Shown here: positions 53,432 to 64,000 of the stretch, in pieces
Layout: every line of letters begins with the position of its first letter
Numbering within the stretch: the first letter of the stretch is position 1
Assembly: GCA_964016885.1 (NCBI GenBank)
Contig: CAXHJY010001693.1
Coordinates: forward strand, 1-64,000
From: Eledone cirrhosa
Taxonomy: Eukaryota
Direction: 5' to 3'
Length of the DNA stretch: 64,000 bases
Position numbers and translations under genes: made by a program
The notes under the pieces: model-generated
Seen by the model: the letters and a program-made list of their open reading frames with translations, nothing else
Told to the model about the DNA's origin: nothing
Databases searched by the model: none

Positions 53432-54246
53432 CCTACACATACCGTATATATACAGTATATATACTGTATATATATATATTTAAAGGTTAAACAAGGTTTA
53501 TACCTACACATACCGTATTATATATATACACAGTTCAAGAGTAACCAATCTTAAAGAGAGAGATGGAGATAGTAGAGGAGATATGAGAGGAGAGATTGGT
53601 GAGTTAGTTAGAAGCCAAAGCGTAAAGGCATGTGCTCAATGTGCAATATGCAGTAGAAAGCAGCTAGGTGACTGGGTTCATGCAGATCTCACACAATGCA
53701 GCCTCGACAGATGAATACTGCTTGATTATGGCTGACAACTGATGCAACCAAGACACCATAGTAAAAACCAATGTATGGAACATTATATTATGGAACATTA
53801 TATTATGTAACATTATCCCATTATTTTAATTTATATTCCTTTGAAGTTCCGATGAGCCACTCTGTTTTTTAAATATGTTAATTATTTTCAACTGAACCAG
53901 ATCAATTATGATATATAGTCATCTGATCCAGAAATATTATATGGAGTAGCAAAACAATTGTAAACGGACATTATTATTATTAATATTATTATTATTATTC
54001 TCTACATTCCTTACATCAAACTAAAATATGTTGACAATCTTTTAATAATGTCTTCCTTGTGAAATTTGTGGTCTTGTTTTGCTTAACTAATGAATAAGTA
54101 TATATATATATATATATTTAAAGGTTAAACAAGGTTCAATGAATAAAGTTTTACACTAGATTAGAAGCACTCCACAGTTAGGCTTTCCGGAGTTATTAAT
54201 ATTAATTCAAAATATTAACAAATATAGACATTCGTGTGATCAAGTA

Positions 54247-54313
54247 TATTTTATTATACATATTTCAGAGGTACTGAGCTATCTTCAACAGTACGTCCTC
54301 ATCAGATAAAATA
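54247..54313 (-). ncRNA. Minimal type I hammerhead ribozyme motif (mirror copy)
   Basis: Exact reverse complement of 54378-54444. Confidence 0.75.
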
Positions 54314-54377
54314 AGATGATGACTGCCATGACTGAATTATAACCATCTACTTAGTCAAGGTATGTCATGCATCATCT

Positions 54378-54444
54378 TATTTTATCTGATGAGGACGTAC
54401 TGTTGAAGATAGCTCAGTACCTCTGAAATATGTATAATAAAATA
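54378..54444 (+). ncRNA. Minimal type I hammerhead ribozyme motif
   Basis: Stem I TATTTTAT/ATAAAATA; core CTGATGA (54386-92); stem II GGACGTACTG/CAGTACCTCT; GAAA (54425-28); short self-complementary stem III ATATGTAT; cleavage triplet AUA (54434-36). Confidence 0.75.
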
Positions 54445-54927
54445 TACTTGATCACACGAATGTCTATATTTGTTAATATTTTCATATATATATATACCTA
54501 CACATACCGTATATATATAGTATCAACACATATATTTTTATTGTTTGACCCGAATTACTTGGTCGTTTTGATTTTGGCTGTGCGGATGATATGTTTAACC
54601 ATCATCTCAGTGTGTTTGGCCCTTAACGTATGTTGTAGCTCTGATTCATATGATTCATCGAGCGCTTGCCACACACATCGGACGTTGATTTTCGTTAATT
54701 CCTGAGCTGAAAACGATTCTCGCTAATTTATATTTATATATATATATATATATATATATAAACACATATATACATACAAACACATATATACATACACATA
54801 TATATATACGTATACATATACTGTATGTATATATATATATATATAGTTAAAAGAATAGAGGTGTAACACACAAGTTATTATATATATATATACTGTTGTC
54901 CACTGTGGTCCCCCCATACGAAACAAA

Positions 54928-55286
54928 GTATCATGGAAGTTGAAGCACCCCAAAGATCGATGGCATGACAGACCTTGACTGTTGGAGTCGATTAGAAAAG
55001 CTCAACCTTAATTCTCCCGTGAGAGCTACATTATCTGCATGATGTGGAAAATATTCCATCAGCTTAGCCCAAATGATGTTGGCATCACCTTTAGTGTACA
55101 CCCAAGGCTTGGGCCCCGTGCTATCCGCCCACGACAAAAATCTCACTCGCATCTCATAACAATAATACGTCACAATTATTTCACCACAATTGGCCCTGCT
55201 CTCTTTAACATTACACCAAAACACATCAAAGCAGAGACAGACCCCATCAAGTTAAAGAAGTCTTTGGAGAAATTCCTTCAAGAAAT
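54928..55286 (+). mobile_element. CR1-group LINE 3' fragment (second subfamily)
   Basis: RLEKLNL / ERYIICMMWKIF...HPRLG...FTTIGPALFNITPKHIK...LKKSLEKFLQEI, parallel to the 42-kb LINE tail. Confidence 0.75.
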
Positions 55287-55637
55287 ATATATATACAATG
55301 TTAGAACACTGGGAGGTTATATCACAGCCAGTAGAGCACCCAGTCCACAGGACGAGTCCTGTATAAAGTTAGTTTCACAACAAATTAGCAAAACAAAATC
55401 CGTGAAAACGTATCCTCGAAGATGGTTTGATAATACATTGTGGAACTTTATATATATATATACACATATATATACACACACATATATATATAAACACACA
55501 CACATATAAACACACACATATATATATATATAAACACACATGAATGTATGTACATTATATTTGACAATATAATGTATGTTTAAATAAAAACATTTAGAAA
55601 TACTATACATACATTCATATATATATATATATATATA

Positions 55638-55799
55638 TAGGAAAAGGTATGACCCTGACGGCAGTCCAGAAATAGCTGTCGAAACGGCTTGAGCTCTGCC
55701 GTCGGGGTCTTGAACATTTTCCTATTATCTACTCTACTACCCTAAGTATTGAGTACTCTGGTGCGTTATGGTTCACCTGGTTCCTTACCACAATTCCTT

Positions 55800-55800
<1 letters not shown>
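55638..55800 (+). mobile_element. Dispersed repeat with a hammerhead-like 3' half (possible Penelope-like terminal repeat)
   Basis: TAGCTGTCGAAACGGC...GCCGTCGGGGTC; pieces recur at ~55845-55955, ~56925-56985 and ~62720-62762 (-). Confidence 0.55.
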
Positions 55801-55836
<36 letters not shown>

Positions 55837-56051
55837 AAAGTTGAGGACCTCGACGACTGAGTTCCGGCCACTAGATCATATCACCCACTCTACTACCCCA
55901 AGTATTAAGTACTCTGGTGCGTAATGGTCTAACTGGGTTTTACCGCCTCTATTCTGATATATATATACACACACATGTATATATATATATACACACACAC
56001 ATATATATATATAAATATCCGTCTAACCCATGCTAGCGTAGAGAAATTGAG

Positions 56052-56092
<41 letters not shown>

Positions 56093-56269
56093 TATATATA
56101 TGTACACACACACACACACACACATATATATACATACATACACACACATATATATATATATATATATACATACATACATACACATACACATATATATACA
56201 TATATACATACATACACATATATATATATATAAGATCAAAAGATGGTTAAAAGAGTTCCACAGCCGAAA

Positions 56270-56394
56270 TTCGATCTGGCTGAGTTCAAATCCCACCGAG
56301 GTTAACTTTTCCTTTCATCCTTACAGGGTCGATAAAATAAAGTACCAGTAATACACTGGTATTTGCTGGCCTTGTGCGAAAAGTAGAACCAATT
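56270..56394 (+). mobile_element. SINE family B fragment
   Basis: GAGTTCAAATCCCACCGAGGTTAACTTTTCCTTTCATCCTTACAGGGTCGATAAAATAAAGTACCAG. Confidence 0.8.
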
Positions 56395-56984
56395 ATATAT
56401 ATATATATATATATATAGACATATATCCATGTCTGGTCGGATCACTAACCTCTACTATAGTTACAGGTGTAACGATAGTAGAGGAGACTAGCTTTCTATC
56501 CTTCGTACATTTATATATACATACATATATTTATATATATATACACAAACATATATATATATACACACACATACATATATACACACAAACATACATATAT
56601 TTATATATATAAATATACACAAACATATATATATATACACATACACAAACATATATATATACACATACACATACACAAACATACATATATATATATACAC
56701 ACACACAAACATACATATATTTATATATATACACACACAAACATACATATATACACACACACATATATATATACACAGAAACATACATATATATATATGT
56801 ATATACACACTCAAACATACATATATATATATATACACACAAACATACATATATACACACACACATATATATATACACAGAAACATACATATATATATAT
56901 GTATATACACACTCAAACATACAAAGTTCGGAACTAGCTGTCGAAACGGCCGGAGCTCAGCCGTCGGGGTCCTGACTATTTTCC

Positions 56985-57023
<39 letters not shown>

Positions 57024-57479
57024 ATATACTAAACACATGGAACCGATCAACAAAACTATGAGTGTATATATATATATATATACATATAGATAGATGTGTC
57101 TCTATAAATACACACATATATATATGTGTGTATTGAGACATATCTATATAATATACATATAGATAGTAGTTCCACAACAGTTAGTTCACCATACCGGGAA
57201 TCAACTGTTTCACCTTATTTATATATATACACACTATATATATATATATAGTGTATATACACTGGATATATATAAGAAAACGTGTAGATATTGAGACACC
57301 CGACCAATATCAATATTTAAACCTATAGTATGTATAATAAATATACACATACACGTCTCTCTCTCTATATATATATTATATACAACGCTCTATGGGTGTA
57401 TATAGTCCTGTATATAACTGTATATATCTACCTGGAAGGTGTAGACGACGACGTCTCTCCTCCTAAAGTTGTTATTGTC

Positions 57480-57494
57480 GTTCCAGAAAATTCT
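57480..57494. promoter_or_regulatory. Canonical three-unit heat-shock element
   Basis: gTTCcaGAAaaTTCt matches nTTCnnGAAnnTTCn. It lies in a unique, CpG-containing patch upstream of CHORDC1, ~50 bp from a candidate donor (CAG|GTAGAT at 57432/57431, minus strand). Confidence 0.55.
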
Positions 57495-57833
57495 AACTAT
57501 ATCCAAGGGAGATAATCACCTTTAACACGATTCTCTCTTCTTATTTTTCACTCTCCTGTCTTTTTCTATCGATTATTTCCTTTTTTTTTTTTTTACTGTA
57601 CCCACTTAATACATATTTTATTTTATATACCCACTTTATACATACATAAACACCCACTTCATATATATTATATATACGCACACACACAGATATATATACC
57701 CACTTTATATATACATACATACATAGACACACACACATATATATACCCACTTCATACATACATACACACATATACCCACTTCATATATATACAATATATT
57801 AATAAATGGAAACTATGTTTATAAAACCATATT

Positions 57834-57901
57834 TATTTTATTATATATATATTTCAAGGGCAACCAGGGCAAATTATGGTGCACTTTCATCAGATAAAAT
57901 A
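57834..57901 (-). ncRNA. Minimal type I hammerhead ribozyme motif
   Basis: Minus strand: TATTTTAT-CTGATGA-AAGTGCACCA-loop-TGGTTGCCCTT-GAAA-TATATAT-ATA-ATAAAATA. Confidence 0.68.
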
Positions 57902-58087
57902 CAGATTTGTTTTATAAATAAATATTGACATACCCGGAAAAAGACAACCTTAACGGTTGGAGCTTCCTGGATAGGAAATTAAATATAACTTCTGCATATA
58001 TATATATATACATACACACACACACACACATATATACCCACTTCATACATACATACATACACACATACACCCACTTCATATAAATAC

Positions 58088-58575
58088 ATATACCATCTTG
58101 CTCTGGGTCTCCTGCTGGTTGGTTTTGCCTGTAAAGTCTGTCCAGTGATTCTTTCCCCGAGACATTCTAACCACATGTCTGTAGTATCAGAGCTGTGATC
58201 TCTCAATTCGGAGAAGTAGCAGCTCTACCTGGAGTGACTCTCTCATCTCTGAGTTACCAACTCTATCAAGTAATGTTACCCGAGGAACCCCATTTCAGTC
58301 ATTATCCAAGATTCATGACCATAGGTTAGGGTTGGCATGAATACCAAATTGAAGATAGTGAGTTTGGCTTTTACATCCACCTCCCTTCTCATTTCTGAAT
58401 GCTGAAGCATTACTGCACCAACTCCTGCAATTCCTGCACTTAATTCAACCTTCTGCCTTCTATTACTCGTGGACACAGCCCCACGATACTTGAACTTCTC
58501 TACCTGCTTCAGTGGAACTCCATTCATATGTAGAGTGCATGGTGCAGGCTTTCTTGAGAGGATGAGTGTGTCAGT
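58088..58575 (-). mobile_element. Decayed RTE-type LINE fragment (end of RT and C-terminal region)
   Basis: NGVPLKQVEKFKYRG...KAKLTIFNLVFMPTLTYGHESW...EMGFL and downstream RRPRARW are RTE ORF2 motifs. Confidence 0.82.
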
Positions 58576-59669
58576 TATGTAACAACAATAACAATAAAAG
58601 TAATAACAACAGTAACAATAACAACAATAACAACAACAATAAACAGTTAAAATTAAATTGTTTTATTAAATAGAGCATCTCTAACATGAATATGGTTAAT
58701 ATTTTTGAATGAATAAAAAATAATTTGTCATGTAGTTCTCCCTAAGTAAATGACTTTAATAATAGTTCATCAATAATAGTGGTGGTATCTTCTATCTCAC
58801 ACACCATCACAAGACCAGTTTCACACACCACCACCACCACTACTACTACTATCACCATCACACATTACAGCAAACACATTCACCACCATCCTTACACACA
58901 CTACCACCACCAGTTTGGCACAAGGCCAGCAATTTGGAGGAAATTCGACTAAATTGACCCCTGATACTTAACTGGCAGCTTGTTTTACTGAACTTAGCAG
59001 GATTTGAACCCCTCGAAATGTAGAACATCACGCCCGAAAACAGCACAGCATATATACCCGATGCTCTACCAATTCACTGAAGCAGTTAAATAAAAATAAG
59101 TCAGCTCTATGCACAACAAAGCTTTGGAGGACTCCCTAGCTTAGGATGATCCCAGCTTTGGATAATCCCAGCTTAGGTTGACCCCCCTCCCTCAGCATAG
59201 GATGACCCCAGCCTTATTGAACAAGAGCAAGAAGTGTCAACCTCTTCAGTGCCGTAGATGAGATAACTCGTCCAAACATGTTTGAACCCTTTCCCAGCAG
59301 TTCATAACTTCAAAGCTAGATGGCGTTCCTAGTTTATTAAAGTGACGTTAGTCAAGAATTCAGACGTTTGTTTAAAAAAAAAAGTAATTTTACTGCCCCC
59401 CCCCCCCCGTACAATAACTGTAGCCTTGTAAAATATACGCAGGAGTCAATAGGTTAAATAATAATAAATAGAAATTTAAGCAACCAGAGAGCATCTAAAT
59501 GTCACATAACATTGATTAAATTAGCCAATCAGGGAGCTTCAATGCATGTCACATGATCTATTAAAGGGCTGGAAAGACTCGCTTGAGGGAGTGCTTCTTC
59601 TCTGAAGACCTGTTGTCCAGCTCTCCTCGGAGTTTCTTACTACCATTTTTATATATATATATTTACTGT

Positions 59670-60088
59670 ATCATCATCATTTTACTTCCGCTTTTCCCTA
59701 CTTGCAAGGGTGGGACGGGAACAGAGTCTGACTTGATTTCTACAGCTGGATACCCTTCCTAACACCAACCTCATTTACAGTGAGTGCTGGGTGCTTTTTT
59801 GCCGTGGCACCTCCACGACCACTACAGCTGGATGCCCTTCCTAACACCAACCTCATTTACAGTGAGTGCTGGGTGCTTTTTTGCCGTGGCACCTCCACGA
59901 CCACTTTGCAGTGGAATGATAGGGACCCCAGTCCCTATCATCTAATTCCTACAGCTGAATAAACTGGAGCAATGTGAAATAAAGTGTCTTGCTCAAGGAA
60001 ACAACACATCACCCGGTCTGAGAATTGAACTCACAACCTTTCGACGATTGCAAGGCCAATGCTCTAACCACTAAGCCATGTGCCTCCA
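59670..60088 (-). mobile_element. tRNA-derived SINE, family A, with an internal 82-bp tandem duplication
   Basis: CTACAGCTGGAT...CCACGACCA at 59740 and again at 59822. Confidence 0.92.
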
Positions 60089-60386
60089 TATATATGTATA
60101 TATATACATACATACACACTTTTCTAAAAAAGTATATCATACTTAAAATGCCAACATCAACAGTTTTCCAAGAGATGGCAACATGAATGGGTGTTATTTT
60201 TTTCCAATTCCAACCTGCAAGTCCCTTCAATCTTTCTAATTTCTCATTTATTCTTCTGACGAAGGAGTAGCGTCGGAAACTTTAGGGCGCCTCCCTGCTA
60301 TTTCAAGCATTAAACTAATATATTCCTTCCATATACTGTACTGTTTGTGTTGTTATTTCTGTTTATCTTTTACATACATATATATA

Positions 60387-60628
60387 TTTATTTCACATTG
60401 CTCCAGTTTACTCAGTTGTAGAAATGAGATGATAGGGACTGGGGTCCATATCATTCCACTGCAAAGTGGCCGTGGAGGTGCCACGGCAAAAAAGCACCCA
60501 GCACACACTGTAAATGAGGTTGGTGTTAGGAAGGGCATCCAGCTGTAGAAATCAAGCCAGAATCAGTTCCTGTCCCACCCTTGCAAGCAGGAAAAAAGCG
60601 GACTTAAAACGAAATGATGAAATGATGA
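60387..60628 (+). mobile_element. 5'-truncated SINE, family A
   Basis: Begins at TTTATTTCACATTGCTCCAG and ends in a GAT tail. Confidence 0.88.
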
Positions 60629-61128
60629 TATATATATATATGGTAATGCCGTGATAAGACAAGCAGTTAATATATATATATATATAGATAGATATAGATC
60701 GTGGGTATGTTGCCCCATGGTTAGTATCAAATACAACATCGAAAAACTAATAAACATGTCCTGTTATCGTTTGTCATACAAAATGTTTGCCTTCATCAAA
60801 GGATCACAGGAGAAAAATATGATAAAATAGAATGGAGATAAAAATATATATACTAACCGGACACCAACCACATTTACAGCGCATGTCGAGCGCTTTTTGT
60901 CGCGTAAGAGTCAAGACAAAAAGCACCTAGTCCACACTGTAAATGAGACTGGCGTTAGGAAGGGCATCCAGCTGTAGAAACCAGCGAAAATTGGCTCTAA
61001 ATGAGCAAGACATGGTAATGTGACCTGGCATTTCTCACACCAGGACAACTCATCTAACCAAGGCCAGCGTGGAAAAATGGACATTAAACGGTGATGAGGA
61101 TATCATGATGATGAAATATAATCCATCT

Positions 61129-61556
61129 GGTCTGGAGGCCAACATTTTACATCTGGCCTAGGCCTATTACAAGGTCTGGAGGCCAACATTTTACAACTGG
61201 CCTGGGCCTATTACAAGGTCTGGAGGCCAACATTTTACAACTGGCCTGGGCCTATTACAGGGTCTGGAGGCCAACATATTACATCTGGCCTGGGCCTATT
61301 ACAGAGTCTGGAGGCCAACATATTACATCTGGCCTGGGCTTATTACAGAGTCTGGAGGCCAACATATTACATCTGGCCTGGGCCTATTACAGGGTCTGGA
61401 GGCCAACATATTACATCTGGACTGGGCCTATTACAGGGTCTGGAGGCCAACATATTACATCTGGCCTGGGCCTATTACAGGGTCTGGAGGAACATATTAC
61501 ATCTGGCCTGGGCCTATTACAGGGTCTGGAGGCCAACATTTTACATCTGGCCTGGG
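61129..61556. repeat. 44-bp minisatellite, ~9.7 copies
   Basis: GGTCTGGAGGCCAACATATTACATCTGGCCTGGGCCTATTACAG at 61129, 61173, 61217, 61261 ... Confidence 0.95.
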
Positions 61557-61780
61557 GGTCCTTACATCTTCAGCGCAATAGAAAACATCTCATAAGTTAC
61601 TGCTATATACTTTTACAGCCCATGGGCCCATGGTGTGTGGCCAAGCTGGAGCAGACTGATTTTGTTTTCTTAACCTCCTGAAGCTATATATTGCCATACA
61701 CAAAAAAAATCCCATTTTCTATTATACATAGGGATTTAGTACTCATTTAACCAACACAAGGAGATAGAAAAAAAAAACCG

Positions 61781-61952
61781 AGTACCAGTTACATGCTGGT
61801 GCAGAGATGGGAATGGGAGTTGGGGCTAGTACCAGTTATATGCTGGTGCAGAATTGGGAATGGGAGTTGGGGCTAGTACCAGTTATACGCTGGAGCAGAG
61901 ATGGGAATGGGAGTTGGGGCTAGTACCAGTTATACGCTGGTGAAGAGATGGG
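61781..61952. repeat. 47-bp G-rich minisatellite, ~3.6 copies
   Basis: AGTACCAGTT at 61781, 61828, 61875, 61922. Confidence 0.92.
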
Positions 61953-62968
61953 GAGAGAGGAGGACGAGATATTTCTCCTGCCACAAACAGCAAAGACTAC
62001 CTGTCATGGTGGAATGTTAATTAATGTGAAGATTTGTTAATTGAGTAGCATATCCATATTTGGTACGTTTGGTGAAGAAGTGGAGGTTTTATAATTGGTT
62101 GGTTGGACAGCGTTCACTTCGTTGACTATTGTTTGCATTGAACAAGGAACGTTTACTCCACACTGTTTCTCCTCGATTGATTCTGACATTGAATAAAAAG
62201 GAAGAAAATTAATATATATCTAAACTATAATAAAGTAAGGAGTGAAGGACTGCGTACGGTTTATAGTTTTTTATCCCGTTAGTAAAATAAGTTGGATTAC
62301 TTTGAATAAATAATTAATGAATATTACATAATTTATCTACTAAATTTCGTGGCTGTTCATTAAATATATTTTATTACTTATTTTAAGATTCACTTCTTTA
62401 AAATTTTCAAATGTCAACACTTCCGGTTGGCCATCGCTTAAATAAACATTCATATATTTCCATCACTAATTTTCTCCTAATGCAGTTTATATTTAATATC
62501 GTCTTTTTTTAATGTATCATGGATTATGTTACTGATTACAGAAGACAGTGTAACACAGTCTTTGTTCAATTTCTGTGTATATTGTCAATTACGATGTTAT
62601 TTGATGTATCATATCTACATGTATATGTACCTGCGTATAATATCAATATGCACACTACACATGCTAGCAGAAAACCACCTGAAGGGTAGTTTTTCTGCCA
62701 GTATATATAAATATGAAAAGAGACAGGACCCCGACGGCTGACCTCTGGCTGTTTCAATAGCTATATATATATAAGTGAGCGAAGGAGAAGGGTGTGATTT
62801 GGGGGAGATTTCTATACTATTTCCACCTGGTGTGTCTGAATGTATGTGTAACAATTCTATATGACTGAGACACGGTCATCCAACCCAACTTGCCTCAAAT
62901 GGGACAAACCCATCTAACCCATGCTAGCATGGAAGATAGACGTTAAACGATGATGTGTGTGTCTATGT

Positions 62969-63767
62969 CAGTGATTCTCAACCAGTGTGCCGCGACATCT
63001 TCCTAAGTGTGCAAAGAAATTTTGACTAAGAAATGCGAATAGTTTGAATCATTCTATGTGTCTATGACTGGTCTATGTCTACAGTTGTATACCGTCTATG
63101 ACTGGTCTATGTCTACAGTTGTATACCGTCTATGACTGGTCTCTGTCTACAGTTGTATACCGTCTATGACTGGTCTATGTCTACAGTTGTATACCGTCTA
63201 TGACTGGTCTATGTCTACAGTTGTATACCGTCTATGACTGGTCTATGTCTACAGTTGTATACCGTCTATGACTGGTCTATGTCTACAGTTGTATACCGTC
63301 TATGACTGGTCTATGTCTACAGTTGTATACCGTCTATGACTGGTCTATGTCTACAGTTGTATACCGTCTATGACTGGTCTATGTCTACAGTTGTATACCG
63401 TCTATGACTGGTCTATGTCTACAGTTGTATACCGTCTATGACTGGTCTATGTCTACAGTTGTATACCGTCTATGACTGGTCTATGTCTACAGTTGTATAC
63501 CGTCTATGACTGGTCTATGTCTACAGTTGTATACCGTCTATGACTTGTCTGTGTCGACGGTTGTATACCGTCTATGACTTGTCTGTGTCGACGGTTGTAT
63601 ACCGTCTATGACTTGTCTGTGTCGACGGTTGTATACCGTCTATGACTTGCCATGTTTTTATTTTGTAAAATTCAAATATTTTTCATATATATATTTGGCC
63701 AGGTGTGCCGCTATTTTTTTATGCGTTCCAAGGTGTGCCGTTGGCAAAAAAAGGTTGAGAACCACTG
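62969..63767. mobile_element. Non-autonomous hAT (Charlie-like) DNA transposon
   Basis: TIRs CAGTGATTCTCAACC / GGTTGAGAACCACTG; 8-bp target duplication GTCTATGT (62961-68) / GTCTATAT (63768-75). Confidence 0.85.
63060..63649. repeat. 34-bp minisatellite (~17 copies) inside the hAT element
   Basis: GTCTATGACTGGTCTATGTCTACAGTTGTATACC; the last three copies are a variant (GACTTGTCTGTGTCGACGG). Confidence 0.96.
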
Positions 63768-64000
63768 GTCTATATGTATATACGTTTGTATGAAGTGAAC
63801 CCACTGGAAGGAGTGTCTGAGGCCTCTTCTCCCACGACCCTCTCAGGAATAAGTGGGCAAAGAAGAAGGTTTTGTTTGACAAGCCAATCCTGTTTTCACA
63901 GGGTTCATCTCAAGAGCCCCTACATTGTTCAATCTGGGCTTTAGATACTTACTTTTGGCAAATATGATTATTTTATCCACTGACCACCTCATTGAAGGAT

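Larger units (their letters stand above)
54209..54482. repeat. Perfect inverted repeat, 113-bp arms, 48-bp spacer, each arm carrying a hammerhead motif
   Basis: 54209-54321 is the exact reverse complement of 54370-54482, checked base by base. Confidence 0.96.

Overview
Eukaryotic, AT-rich, (TA)n-laden animal DNA; the SINE/LINE repertoire resembles octopod cephalopod genomes (inference, no search run). Bases 1-38,140 are the end of a single-orientation satellite array: a 41-bp monomer made of ~10-bp A-tract subunits, arranged in nested higher-order repeats (~0.72 kb; 2.63, 1.64, ~1.45, 4.88 kb). The array decays toward its edge and is interrupted by a second 71/72-bp satellite (35.8-36.8 kb). 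After a 1-kb TA-rich tract comes repeat-rich DNA: tRNA-derived SINEs, CR1- and RTE-type LINE remnants, hAT and piggyBac-like MITEs, minisatellites and several long palindromes. One intact gene can be reconstructed by hand: minus-strand CHORDC1/morgana (9 coding exons, 310 aa, CHORD-CHORD-CS; 53,346->47,072), with a rare GAG acceptor and a canonical heat-shock element near a putative first exon. The most notable hidden signal is a cluster of minimal type I hammerhead ribozyme motifs of the Penelope-associated kind just 5' of the coding region, one of them duplicated as a perfect 113-bp inverted repeat. All coordinates and periods were hand-counted.
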